Shown: in pieces, positions 1 through 8,612 of the stretch | How positions within the stretch are numbered: the first letter of the stretch is position 1 | Layout: each line of letters starts with the position of its first letter | Assembly: GCA_964512485.1 (NCBI GenBank) | Contig: CAZEHJ010000031.1 | Location: 1 to 37,443, forward strand | Source: an uncultured Rhodothermales bacterium | GTDB taxonomy: Bacteria; Bacteroidota; Rhodothermia; Rhodothermales; UBA10348 | Reading direction: 5' to 3' | Length of the DNA stretch: 37,443 bases | Made by a program: the position numbers and the translations under genes | The notes under the pieces: model-generated | What the model was told of the DNA's origin: nothing | Database searches by the model: none | The model's input: only the letters and a program-made list of their open reading frames with translations

Positions 1-2
1 AA

Positions 3-2627
3 GGAGTGCTTGTAATCAGATTCGCCGATTTTGCGAAGCTGTCCCACTCCAAGTTTGTATCTATAGTTATTGCTTATGGGATCTGGAACACGCGCAACAA
101 GGCTGTTTGCCGGATTTCGCGTGTGAAGGAAAAACATGAAGGACACGCCCTTTCTCATGGCCGGAGTCACGACGGCTACGGCTTCAACTCTGGCGGTTGT
201 GAATTCAATGTGTCCGGCATCTACGAGCCGAGAGAAGGATGCATCGGCTGGTGTATCCGCAATGAATCCACTCTTCTGAACAGGTATGCGATCACTTTCC
301 GCAACGACGAGGTCACCTGATTCGATACCACGTTCAGCGGCATCATCAGGGTGAATCTCGACAAAGTTCGCCGGCCAACGATCCATGATCTGGGGTCGGC
401 GCAGCATATCATCGAATCCGGACTGCCAGATTTCACCAATCCGCCCGTTGGTAATCCACAGTTCACCCTCGCGGGGAGTCATGTATTCATAAAAGTCCGC
501 GAAATGCGACCATGGGCTCTTCATGAAGTTGGCTTTTCCACTCTGTGACTTGAATGCAGTCAGAATTTTGGAGTGAATAGTCGGGCCTTGAGGAGTATCC
601 AGATCCAGCGTCGAGTCGTGTAATCGCTTCGTACCTACCAGCTCTCCGTCGGCATATCGGACAGGTCCCTGAATTCCGGTAGTGCCGTAGGTCTTCAAGA
701 GATCATGACCTTTGATTCCGTCGCGTTTGGCCTTCCAGACGAGGGGGAAATAGTCCTTCCTCGAGCCGCGAGTGAAACGAGCGGCTTCTTCGAATACGTC
801 ATTCGAGTCTTCCCAGTCGAAGCCGGGGTAGCCCATTCGCTTGCCAACCTGGGCCGCGATCCACCAATCGGGTTTTGCTTCGCCTGGAGCATCATAGAAC
901 TTCGAATAGAGCCTGATTCTACGCTCGCCGTTGGCTCGGGCAAAGTCATCTTCGCCCCATGTGGCGGCAGGGAATATGATATCGGCATACGTGGAGCCCA
1001 ACGGCTCGCGCAGATATATATCCTGATTAACCACAACCATATCACCGGCATCAGCTCGTCGGATCAATTCTTCGGCAGCTGTTTCGGGGCTCGTGATCTG
1101 ATGTTCGCTGCCCCGAGTGAGGCCCAGGAAGGTCCTCATCAATCCCTGGGACGCCGTCATGCTTCCCAACCAGGTCGTTCCGACGGCCCAGGCAAAACGT
1201 ACGTTTCCGGATTCGATCCATCGATCCAGATCCAGGGGTTTGCGCCGACGTCCGGCGAATTTTTCAGGAGACTTCTCGAGAGGATATCGCCCGCCTTTGA
1301 TTCCACCGCGCTGATGGCCGCCGAAGCGAGAGATTACCTGTCCGGGCCGGTTTCCGGTTCCGCAGATGAGGGCCAAAGCTCCAATGGAGGCCGTATTCAG
1401 ATAGTTGTTGGACCAGTAATTTCCCTTTTCAATTCCGATGGATGTTTTAGGCCTGGACCCGTCAATTCGTGGTTTGGCCATGAGCTCAGCAGCACGAATG
1501 ATTCCTTCGCGGTCTACGCCCGTAATCCGTTCTGCGTTGTCAAGCGTGGCTTCTTCAACCGACAGCAGCCAGGACTTATAGTCGTCGAATCCTCGAGTCT
1601 GAAATGCGCCCCAGGTAGTTCGCCATTGCCAGGGTGTATTTCTGGTGCCTTGCCCGAATCCTGAATCCGATTCCCATTTATTGGATGTGTAGCGGTCGAT
1701 CCAGGCTCGATCTTCCCAGCCCTGTTCGATGATGTAGCGGGAGATGGCGAGGTGGAGTATGGTATCGGTTCCGGGAATGAGCCAGAGGTGCAGGCCGCCT
1801 GTTTTTTCTGCCCAGGCAACCCCCGTCGTTTTCCGTGGCACGATTGAAATTACTTTCATTCCTCGCCGGATGCCTTTCATGATCCACTCATTCCAGATCA
1901 CGGTTTTCGTCTCGAACGGATCGGTGCCCGACATGACCAACGTGTCCGCGAGTGACCAGTCCTCGTACGATGCGGCGAAATTGTCAAATCCTGTGTCCCG
2001 GAAGCCGGGCGTGTCCTCAGCGGTGGAGGGATTGTCATGGAAGGCGAACGCGGGAGTTTCGACGTGTCTCAATGCCAGTTTCGTGAGCGCGTACGTGTTT
2101 TCGAAGAACTGGTACGAATACATCTTCATCGCCCAGGAGTGCTCGCCGTACGTGTTGATCACGTGTTGGCCCACTTTTGCGACCGTGTCCAGAGCCAGGT
2201 CCCAGGATACCGGAACGAGTTCTCCATTGATGCGCATCAGAGGCGTCTTCAGGCGGTCTGCCGTCGCCGAGTCCGGGTTAAAGCATTTTTTGGCCAACGA
2301 GCCGCCACGAATACTGTGGTCGCCAAACAGATTAACCGCTTCAGCTTCAGCATCCGGAATAATCACCACATTGTGTGGAGATCCGTTGTGCGAGACCACG
2401 TTATGCTGATTTGGTCCCACCCAGAAACCCGTTCCGGGATCGCGTGGATAGTCGACGCCCATGGCGTTCTCACTCGCCGCCATGCCACCTTCGCTCCCAA
2501 CGGGCCAGCGGTAGACCTTGTAACCGCAACCCACGATGCAGTAGTCACACGCGGTAGTCAACACATCCGCGTCAGCTGGGGGCAGAGGTGTTCTTGAATT
2601 ATCAGGGGTCATGTTCTTGGTCGTCAT
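3..2627 (-). CDS. aioA: Mo-bisPGD catalytic (large) subunit of the arsenite oxidase AioA / iodate reductase IdrA clade; C-terminal ~10 codons lie beyond the window start (partial)
   Basis: Hand translation of the minus strand from ATG at 2625-2627 (4 nt after the Rieske gene stop) reads an open frame to the window edge. The ORF track omits it because there is no in-window stop. N-terminus is MTTKNMTPD...TACDYCIVGCGYKVYRW, carrying the Cx2Cx3C [3Fe-4S] motif characteristic of AioA. Later blocks (LHLWLIPGTDTILHLAISRYIIEQGWEDRAWIDRY, GERRIRLYSKFYDAPGEAKPDWWIAAQVG, C-terminal FMFFLHTRNPANSLVARVPDPISNNYRYKLGVGQLRKIGESDYKHS) are collinear with Alcaligenes/NT-26 AioA as I remember them. The plus-strand ORFs in this span (705..1664, 1744..2409, 2037..2597) are G/S/R-rich antisense artefacts. 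The symbol aioA is given at family level; the adjacent CCP genes make an IdrA (iodate reductase) identity at least as likely. Confidence 0.8.
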   Translation of the reverse strand, partial: MTTKNMTPDNSRTPLPPADADVLTTACDYCIVGCGYKVYRWPVGSEGGMAASENAMGVDYPRDPGTGFWVGPNQHNVVSHNGSPHNVVIIPDAEAEAVNLFGDHSIRGGSLAKKCFNPDSATADRLKTPLMRINGELVPVSWDLALDTVAKVGQHVINTYGEHSWAMKMYSYQFFENTYALTKLALRHVETPAFAFHDNPSTAEDTPGFRDTGFDNFAASYEDWSLADTLVMSGTDPFETKTVIWNEWIMKGIRRGMKVISIVPRKTTGVAWAEKTGGLHLWLIPGTDTILHLAISRYIIEQGWEDRAWIDRYTSNKWESDSGFGQGTRNTPWQWRTTWGAFQTRGFDDYKSWLLSVEEATLDNAERITGVDREGIIRAAELMAKPRIDGSRPKTSIGIEKGNYWSNNYLNTASIGALALICGTGNRPGQVISRFGGHQRGGIKGGRYPLEKSPEKFAGRRRKPLDLDRWIESGNVRFAWAVGTTWLGSMTASQGLMRTFLGLTRGSEHQITSPETAAEELIRRADAGDMVVVNQDIYLREPLGSTYADIIFPAATWGEDDFARANGERRIRLYSKFYDAPGEAKPDWWIAAQVGKRMGYPGFDWEDSNDVFEEAARFTRGSRKDYFPLVWKAKRDGIKGHDLLKTYGTTGIQGPVRYADGELVGTKRLHDSTLDLDTPQGPTIHSKILTAFKSQSGKANFMKSPWSHFADFYEYMTPREGELWITNGRIGEIWQSGFDDMLRRPQIMDRWPANFVEIHPDDAAERGIESGDLVVAESDRIPVQKSGFIADTPADASFSRLVDAGHIEFTTARVEAVAVVTPAMRKGVSFMFFLHTRNPANSLVARVPDPISNNYRYKLGVGQLRKIGESDYKHS

Positions 2628-2631
2628 ATAG

Positions 2632-3186
2632 TTACCCCGCCACATTCTGAGTTCGGCCAAAAATCAGGCCCATCATGGCGGTGGCATAGATCCAGTCGCC
2701 GTCGGTTTCGAGAACGACCTGGGGAAGGGATTCTGTTGCGTGTCCGGCGATCACCATTCCATGCCTGCGAAGATCGAAGGTGGTCAAATGGGAAGGACAT
2801 GGGCCGACGGCTGCGTGTTCGGCCTGATAGGCGCCGTGCAGTGGACCTCCCATGTGAGGGCATCGTGTGTGAAACGCTACAATGTCTTTCGCCGGTCCGA
2901 CGCCGCCGCCTGCTTCCGAATCCATCTGAACAAGAAAACAGGAAGAGTTTTCGTCTGGGTATTCGAAATAGATCGATTCGTGTCGTTTCAGATCAGAAAA
3001 TTTTGCGACGCGAACGCGATCATACGGGCTCACCCATGCGGGTATTTTCATTGCCTGCGCAACGCCCGGAATACCGGTCAACACGACCGTTATCGTCGCC
3101 GCACCCGATGTTTTCAGGAACGAGCGTCGACTGACACCGCCATCCAGAAGTGGACATGGCTCATTTGTTGATTGCGTATCCTTCAT
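2632..3186 (-). CDS. aioB: Rieske [2Fe-2S] small subunit with Tat signal (AioB/IdrB-type)
   Basis: 184-aa ORF. It carries a twin-arginine motif SRRSFLKTSGAA and Rieske boxes CPHMGGPL ... CPSH (CxH-x19-CxxH). It sits immediately upstream of the Mo subunit (4-nt gap), and its ATG overlaps the TGA of the upstream CCP gene (ATGA at 3183-3186). Confidence 0.8.
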   Translation of the reverse strand: MKDTQSTNEPCPLLDGGVSRRSFLKTSGAATITVVLTGIPGVAQAMKIPAWVSPYDRVRVAKFSDLKRHESIYFEYPDENSSCFLVQMDSEAGGGVGPAKDIVAFHTRCPHMGGPLHGAYQAEHAAVGPCPSHLTTFDLRRHGMVIAGHATESLPQVVLETDGDWIYATAMMGLIFGRTQNVAG

Positions 3187-4373
3187 TTCGACCCCATCGT
3201 GTCATCGATCGATCCATACTCTGGAAGAATGGGTCGTTCCGTTTTGATTTCTTCTCCTGACGTGCTTTCCAGGAACGCGACCAGTTGGCGCTGTTCGGTA
3301 GCTGTCAACCCAAGCGGTCTGATCAGATCCGTTTTGGTCCCGAAATCAAAATTGACCATGATCTGATCGTCGCGGCCTCCATCGTTGTAAAATTCGACCA
3401 CCTCCTCAAGCGTGTAGAATGCACCGTTATGCATGTACGGTGCGGTATACAACAGATAGCGCAGCATCGGCGTCCTGAATTTGCCCATGTCCACCGTCCG
3501 CTTGGTCACGTAATAGAGACCGAGGTCGGTTTTGACGGTCCGGTAGATCTCCTCCGTCACCCCCTTGGCGTATTGCTCATACCTGAACGTGATCTGCCTT
3601 AACTGATCGGTTTCGAAGGCAGGATTTTCGGGCACTCCGAGATTGTAGTATTTCTCATCGGTCAGCAGGGGACCGTCGTGGCACTGAATACATTTGCCTT
3701 TACCCGTGAAAATTTCCATTCCCGCGATGGCATCGTTTGACAGAGCAGTCAGGTCACCGCGCAAGTACCGGTCATATGGGGTATCCGTCTGAATAAGGGT
3801 TCGCTCGTACGCTGCTATTGCCCGCCAGGCATCCTCCAGATCTGGCCAGGGTGTTCCGAATACTTCGCGGAACATGGCTACGTACTGAGGAACCTGCCGC
3901 AGTCGCTCTTCCATCATGTCCCGTTCGCCATTACCTGCTACGGCACCCGAAGCGGCCGAAACCGCCTGAGCTTCCAGACTCTTTGAGGCCCCATCCCAGA
4001 ACAATTTGGCGAAATACGCCGAATTGATGATGGTCTGGCAATTCCGCCAGTGGGCCGTTCCGTTGTACCCACGGCACAGATCTGCTCCGTCCGTCCAACC
4101 AAATTCGTCACTGTGACAGTCGGCGCAGCTGATCGAGGCGTCACCAGAAAGCCGGTTGTCGTAAAAAAGGACTTTTCCGAGCTGTACTTTTGGATCGTCG
4201 AGTTGCGGATAGCCCAGTTCATCAACAGCTTGAGAGTTGTCTGAAGGTATGGACGGAGGTCCGAGAGGCGTCAGTTCGCGAAACGCCGGCCCGTTCGCCA
4301 GTCCGGTGATCAGGACAATTACAATCAGGGCCGGCAGGAGAGGTAGAAAGGGGACATTGCTGAATCGTTTCAT
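3183..4373 (-). CDS. dihaem cytochrome c peroxidase (CCP/MauG) family protein, long type (A1); IdrP-like
   Basis: 396 aa with signal peptide. It has two CxxCH motifs (CADCH, CIQCH) and CCP-family blocks LGKVLFYDNRLSGDASISCADCHS, FRTPMLRYLLYTAPYMHNG and LVAFLESTSGE, matching Pseudomonas CCP blocks from memory. The ATG is verified. Confidence 0.8.
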   Translation of the reverse strand: MKRFSNVPFLPLLPALIVIVLITGLANGPAFRELTPLGPPSIPSDNSQAVDELGYPQLDDPKVQLGKVLFYDNRLSGDASISCADCHSDEFGWTDGADLCRGYNGTAHWRNCQTIINSAYFAKLFWDGASKSLEAQAVSAASGAVAGNGERDMMEERLRQVPQYVAMFREVFGTPWPDLEDAWRAIAAYERTLIQTDTPYDRYLRGDLTALSNDAIAGMEIFTGKGKCIQCHDGPLLTDEKYYNLGVPENPAFETDQLRQITFRYEQYAKGVTEEIYRTVKTDLGLYYVTKRTVDMGKFRTPMLRYLLYTAPYMHNGAFYTLEEVVEFYNDGGRDDQIMVNFDFGTKTDLIRPLGLTATEQRQLVAFLESTSGEEIKTERPILPEYGSIDDTMGSK

Positions 4374-4374
4374 A

Positions 4375-5400
4375 TCAGTTTCGGGCCTCCCGCCAGTTTT
4401 TCATCGCCTGATAAGGCGGTGGCTCCGGAATTTTCACTTCGGGTAGCGCCCCGGACAGGCTTTCCAGGAACGCCACCAGATCATCTAGCTCCGTATCGCT
4501 CAAATCCAGACCATCTCCACGATTATTGTAAAATAAAACCACTTCCTGCAGCGTGGAAAACACGCCATTATGCATGTAGGGACCTGTATCGGCAACCTGA
4601 CGCAGCCCGGGGGTGATGAAGGCCCCCACATCGTCGTAATTCTTGGTTACGATGAACCGGCCGACGTCGCGTCGGGTTTGCATGTATCCCGGAACACCCA
4701 TGTTCTTGATGAACGCGCGATAGGTTGCATGTCGAAGTGGCTCTTCGAATACAGCCACATTTTCCGGTACGCCCGTGTTGTGGGCCATGCCATCGGTGAA
4801 ATCGCTGTCTGAGTGACAGCTGGAGCATGCTGCTTTACCTTCGAAGAGCTGTCGTCCTCGTTCGCCACTTTCGCTCATCGTTCCAAGGTCGTACGGGGAG
4901 TCGCCCGTTGTAAGCGTATTCTGGAAGGCAGCGATAGCTTTGAGTGTGCCACCGAACGATGGCTCAGACCCCAGCGCGTCTTGATACATCTGAACGTACT
5001 CGGGCACCTGTTTCATGCGCTCAAGCAGCAATCGACCGTCGAGATTCAAGAAGTGTGTTTCGGTGATGCCATCCCGAACCAGAGTTTCCACATCCGAGCC
5101 CACAAGTCGGCCGTCCCAGTAGAACGACGCATTGCGACTCACATTCAGCAGCGACTTGGCATTTCGGAACCCATCCGAACCCGGATAGGCTTCCGATAGC
5201 GCTTCACCGTCCGTCCAGGCAAACTCTGGACTGTGACAGGTGGAGCAGCTCATGCTTCCGTCACCGGATAGTCGGGGGTCAAAAAACAGGTAGCGCCCGA
5301 GATCGATCAACGCCTCATTATTGTCTTCTTCAGACTGAGGGTTGACAAAACCGTTGAGCAGCAGGAGAGCGACCGGCAGGAAGATGACGACCGCAAACAA
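4375..5400 (-). CDS. dihaem cytochrome c peroxidase (CCP/MauG) family protein, short type (B1); IdrP-like
   Basis: 341 aa with CSTCHS and CSSCHS motifs and blocks LGRYLFFDPRLSGDGSMSC, ITPGLRQVADTGPYMHNG and LVAFLESLSG. Its stop (4375-4377) is 1 nt from the A1 ATG (TGATATG junction). The start codon at 5398-5400 is TTG, with no in-frame ATG near the N-terminus. The N-terminus is hydrophobic and signal-like. Confidence 0.75.
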   Translation of the reverse strand: MFAVVIFLPVALLLLNGFVNPQSEEDNNEALIDLGRYLFFDPRLSGDGSMSCSTCHSPEFAWTDGEALSEAYPGSDGFRNAKSLLNVSRNASFYWDGRLVGSDVETLVRDGITETHFLNLDGRLLLERMKQVPEYVQMYQDALGSEPSFGGTLKAIAAFQNTLTTGDSPYDLGTMSESGERGRQLFEGKAACSSCHSDSDFTDGMAHNTGVPENVAVFEEPLRHATYRAFIKNMGVPGYMQTRRDVGRFIVTKNYDDVGAFITPGLRQVADTGPYMHNGVFSTLQEVVLFYNNRGDGLDLSDTELDDLVAFLESLSGALPEVKIPEPPPYQAMKNWREARN

Positions 5401-5642
5401 TCGGGGAGTTTTTGAGCACGCTCTGATGGTATTCTCCGGATAAGTTCAGGAATACACATCACGCTCTACAGACTTGAAATGGAGCCGGGTAGGGACTTCC
5501 AAGACGTGACTCGCCTTTCAGAGTTACACGCGCGGAATAAGTTAAATCTCAAGAAAGCAGGGCAATTTTGCAACCGACTTTCGGAGGATTCAGACGGCAG
5601 GGAAACCCCTATTTGCACATCCCTCCAAAAAAGCCCCAATGC

Positions 5643-6848
5643 CTAATTACCACTATTTGCGGGGGTAGCAAAGACGTCATATTCGGGAAGAACCGGACGC
5701 TCGATTTTGATCTCTTCTCCACTCGTACTCTCAAGGAAAGCAACCAGTTGACGTTTTTCCTCATCCGTCAAGCCAAGAGGCTTCAGAAGATCCGAGCGGG
5801 TACTGCTACCGGCCAGCGCTTCGAAATCGTTGGTTCCACCACCATCATTGTAGAAATCAACTACTTCTTCCAATGTGAAAAAAGAACCGTTATGCATGTA
5901 TGGCATTGAGTATTTCAGGTAACGCAGCGGCGCGGTTCTGAATTTCCCCATGTCTTCGGGCTGCTTCGTTCCCAGATACAGTCCGAGGTCGGATTTTACA
6001 ACATCATATATCTCAGGCGGAACGCCTCGACCAAATTGCTGGAAGCGAAACGTGATCTGAATGAGCGGATCAGTGGCAAGCTTCGAATTGTCAGGTACAC
6101 CAACATTGTGGAATTGCTGGTCGGACAGCAGTGGACCGGTGTGACACTGAATACAGGCAGCCTTTCCAAGAAAAAGGCCCATTCCTGCCTTGGCGTCGTC
6201 CGTGAGTGCCGTCTGGTCTCCTCGCATGAAACGATCGAAGGGAGTATCCGGCTGAATAATGGTTCGTTCAAATGCCGAAATCGCCCGCCAGATGTCGTCT
6301 CCTTCCGGCCATTCCGTCCCGAACACTTTCTCGAATCGGTCGACGTATTCAGGAATCTGACGTAGTCTTTCCTCCATCATATCCGGATGGCCGTGTCCTT
6401 CTACTGCGCTTGTGGCAGCGCCTTTCGCCTGGTCTTCCAGTCGGTCGGATCGTCCATCCCAGAAAAGTTGGTCCTGATACGCGGAATTGACCACGGTCGG
6501 ACAATTTCGCCAGTTACCTGTCCCCTGATAGGCCAGACACAGATCCTGTCCGTCACTGAAGCCGAACTCGTCGCTGTGACAATCCGCACAACTGACGGAC
6601 GCATCTCCTGAAAGACGGTTTTCGAAGTAGAGCATTTTGCCGAGCTCAACCTTCGGATCGTCCGAAAGGGGGAATCCGTTTTCGTCTACAGATTGAGGAT
6701 TGTCCGACGGAATCGGGGGGGCTCCAAGAGCCGCAAGAGAAGGCGCCTCCTGCTTCACGGCGCTTACCGAAATCGTAGCAGCGGCGATGACAAAGAGTGC
6801 AAGCACCAAAAACAGTGGGGCGAAAGGAATACGTAGAAGGGCTCTCAT
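5643..6848 (-). CDS. dihaem cytochrome c peroxidase (CCP/MauG) family protein, long type (A2), paralogue of 3183..4373
   Basis: 401 aa with signal peptide. It carries CADCHSDEFGFSDG and CIQCHTGPLL motifs and blocks MGKFRTAPLRYLKYSMPYMHNG and QLVAFLESTSGEEIKIERPVLPEY, nearly identical to A1 blocks. The ATG is verified. Confidence 0.8.
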   Translation of the reverse strand: MRALLRIPFAPLFLVLALFVIAAATISVSAVKQEAPSLAALGAPPIPSDNPQSVDENGFPLSDDPKVELGKMLYFENRLSGDASVSCADCHSDEFGFSDGQDLCLAYQGTGNWRNCPTVVNSAYQDQLFWDGRSDRLEDQAKGAATSAVEGHGHPDMMEERLRQIPEYVDRFEKVFGTEWPEGDDIWRAISAFERTIIQPDTPFDRFMRGDQTALTDDAKAGMGLFLGKAACIQCHTGPLLSDQQFHNVGVPDNSKLATDPLIQITFRFQQFGRGVPPEIYDVVKSDLGLYLGTKQPEDMGKFRTAPLRYLKYSMPYMHNGSFFTLEEVVDFYNDGGGTNDFEALAGSSTRSDLLKPLGLTDEEKRQLVAFLESTSGEEIKIERPVLPEYDVFATPANSGN

Positions 6849-6849
6849 A

Positions 6850-7884
6850 TCAGTTGCTCACCTCTGCCCAGTTTTGACTTACTTCGTATGGGGGCATTTC
6901 CGGCTCTTCAATGTGTGGAATCGTCCCGGAAAGACTCTCCAGAAACGCGATCAGATCAGACGATTCTTCAAGGCTCAAATCCATTCCACCGTCACTGTAG
7001 AAGGCAACTACGTCATCGAGCGTATCAAATATTCCGTTGTGCATGTAGGGCGCGGTGTCCGCGACCTGTCGCAGATCTGGAGTGATGAACGCAGCCCTGT
7101 GCCGCTCGTCTCCCGTTTGGGCCAAATGTCCCGGATCCTCGCGAAGGGACATGTGATCGGGCACGTTGTGATCTTTCAGGTAGAGCCGAAACGCCGTGTG
7201 CCGTAACGGATCGGCGGTGATGTCCGGGTTTTCCGGGACTCTCATGGCATGGGGCAGTCCATCGGTGTATCCCTCGCCGCTGTGACACGAAGCACAATTG
7301 GATTCGAAAACTGCAGATCCGCGCTGTGCAGTTTCACCCATAGGAGTGCTGCCTTGGGTGGTAAGCGTATTCTGAAAGGCTTCCAGAGCCCGGATGGCTC
7401 CTTCATATGAAGGAATTTCAGCCAATGATTGTTCGAAGAGATCCACGTACGCTGGGATCTGCTTCAAACGCTCGGTCAACAGTCTGTCGTTAAGATTCAG
7501 GAACAGTTTGCCGCCGATCATCTCGGCCGTGACGTTGGCCACGGACGCACCTGCAGGGCCGCCATCCCAGTAATAATTAGATCGTTGAGATACATTCAGG
7601 AGCGATTTCGAATTTCTGAAGCCGTCTGCTGCCGGATAGGTTTGAGAGAGCGCCGTGCCGTCAGCCCACGCATGATCTGGGTCATGACACGTGGCACAAC
7701 TGATGCTCGCATCTCCGGAAAGCCGATTGTCGAAAAATAGATACGTTCCCAATTCGACGAGCGCATCCTGATCAACCTGCGGCTGAGGGGTACATCCGTC
7801 CAGTAATAGTGTAAAGAAGGGAACGAGAAGCAATGTCGGGGCAATTCCAAGTCCCGAACGAACGCTAATCGATGGTAAACTCAA
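6850..7884 (-). CDS. dihaem cytochrome c peroxidase (CCP/MauG) family protein, short type (B2), paralogue of 4375..5400
   Basis: 344 aa with CATCHDPDHAWADG and CASCHSGEGYTDG motifs and blocks ITPDLRQVADTAPYMHNG and LIAFLESLSG. The same TGATATG stop/start junction with A2 occurs at 6846-6852. The start at 7882-7884 is TTG, and it overlaps the upstream gene stop by 20 nt. Confidence 0.7.
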   Translation of the reverse strand: MSLPSISVRSGLGIAPTLLLVPFFTLLLDGCTPQPQVDQDALVELGTYLFFDNRLSGDASISCATCHDPDHAWADGTALSQTYPAADGFRNSKSLLNVSQRSNYYWDGGPAGASVANVTAEMIGGKLFLNLNDRLLTERLKQIPAYVDLFEQSLAEIPSYEGAIRALEAFQNTLTTQGSTPMGETAQRGSAVFESNCASCHSGEGYTDGLPHAMRVPENPDITADPLRHTAFRLYLKDHNVPDHMSLREDPGHLAQTGDERHRAAFITPDLRQVADTAPYMHNGIFDTLDDVVAFYSDGGMDLSLEESSDLIAFLESLSGTIPHIEEPEMPPYEVSQNWAEVSN

Positions 7885-8611
7885 AGTTTGACTCTGCGGA
7901 TGATTGGCTGGTTACGGTTACCGTCTGGGTTTGAATTCCAAGTTTTGGGTGCCATACGGATACTTCATAGGTACCCGGAGGGACATCGGAAAGTTGAAAG
8001 TTGCCTGTTTCATCCACCACTGTGGCGTAAGGATTGTCACTGGCAAAAATCCATCCCTGCATGAAATCGTGTGAATCACATTCAAGACTTACGAGGTGAC
8101 TACGCGCAGGATGCAGTACTTGTGGTACGGGGCCGAGATCGGGCTGGCTGATGTTGAAAAGAGAGCGGCGGGCTCGTCCGATCAATTCATATCCATGGAT
8201 ATTGTGCAGGGTCGAATCACTGTTGATGATGTCCATTTCCGAGGCACGGCGCATCACCTGGATGTTGGGCGTGAACGCACACACTTCCTGATTGACAAAC
8301 TCTCCCGGGGCTGCCATATCCCACGATTTTCCCTCGGAGATGTCCTCTATAAACACCACGACGCGTCGAAGGGCTCCGTCGTCTGCAACATCGTATTCCG
8401 TTCTTTCTCTGTAGCCGAGTCCACAGATTTCGGCATCTTTCGTGATCAGAAGTCGAAGAGGGGCCGGAGCATCGCCACCGAACATGACTCGTCCTTCGAT
8501 CGAGCCCCCGTTAGCGACCTCGATTTCTGTGTATTCCTGCGCGAAAGCCGACTGGTCGGACGGAGCAGCCAGGAAAAGAGCGATTGCGAGAATGAGTGAG
8601 GATTTTTTCAT
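7865..8611 (-). CDS. periplasmic cupredoxin-like (type-1 Cu motif) protein with CarbPepD_reg-like beta-sandwich C-terminus
   Basis: I take the start at the internal ATG (8609-8611) that gives the signal peptide MKKSSLILAIALFLAAPSDQSAFA; the ORF track's upstream extension has no sensible N-terminus. This ATG lies 1 nt after the stop of the upstream propeller gene. It contains ...LHNIHG...(about 40 aa)...SLECDSHDFMQGW, i.e. H-x~40-C-x2-H-x2-M. The CxxHxFMxG block resembles the amicyanin Cu-site loop CTPHPFMRG. The C-terminal GTYEVSVWHPKLGIQTQTVTVTS is a CarbPepD_reg-like strand pattern. Confidence 0.55.
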   Translation of the reverse strand: MKKSSLILAIALFLAAPSDQSAFAQEYTEIEVANGGSIEGRVMFGGDAPAPLRLLITKDAEICGLGYRERTEYDVADDGALRRVVVFIEDISEGKSWDMAAPGEFVNQEVCAFTPNIQVMRRASEMDIINSDSTLHNIHGYELIGRARRSLFNISQPDLGPVPQVLHPARSHLVSLECDSHDFMQGWIFASDNPYATVVDETGNFQLSDVPPGTYEVSVWHPKLGIQTQTVTVTSQSSAESNFEFTID

Positions 8612-8612
8612 G

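Noticed and set aside
705-2597. Plus-strand ORFs 705..1664 (319 aa), 1744..2409 (221 aa) and 2037..2597 (186 aa).
   Set aside because: They are G/S/R/P-rich low-complexity translations antisense to the well-supported Mo-subunit gene, with no domain features.
2736-3171. Plus-strand ORFs 2736..3134 and 2740..3171.
   Set aside because: They are antisense to the Rieske gene and Arg-rich; they are artefacts.
5581-5645. GGAGG...CCTCC pairing and a GGGGCTTTTTTGG run just downstream of the A2 stop, considered as an intra-operon terminator.
   Set aside because: The stem is 5 bp with a loop longer than 30 nt. The T-run is not preceded by a hairpin.
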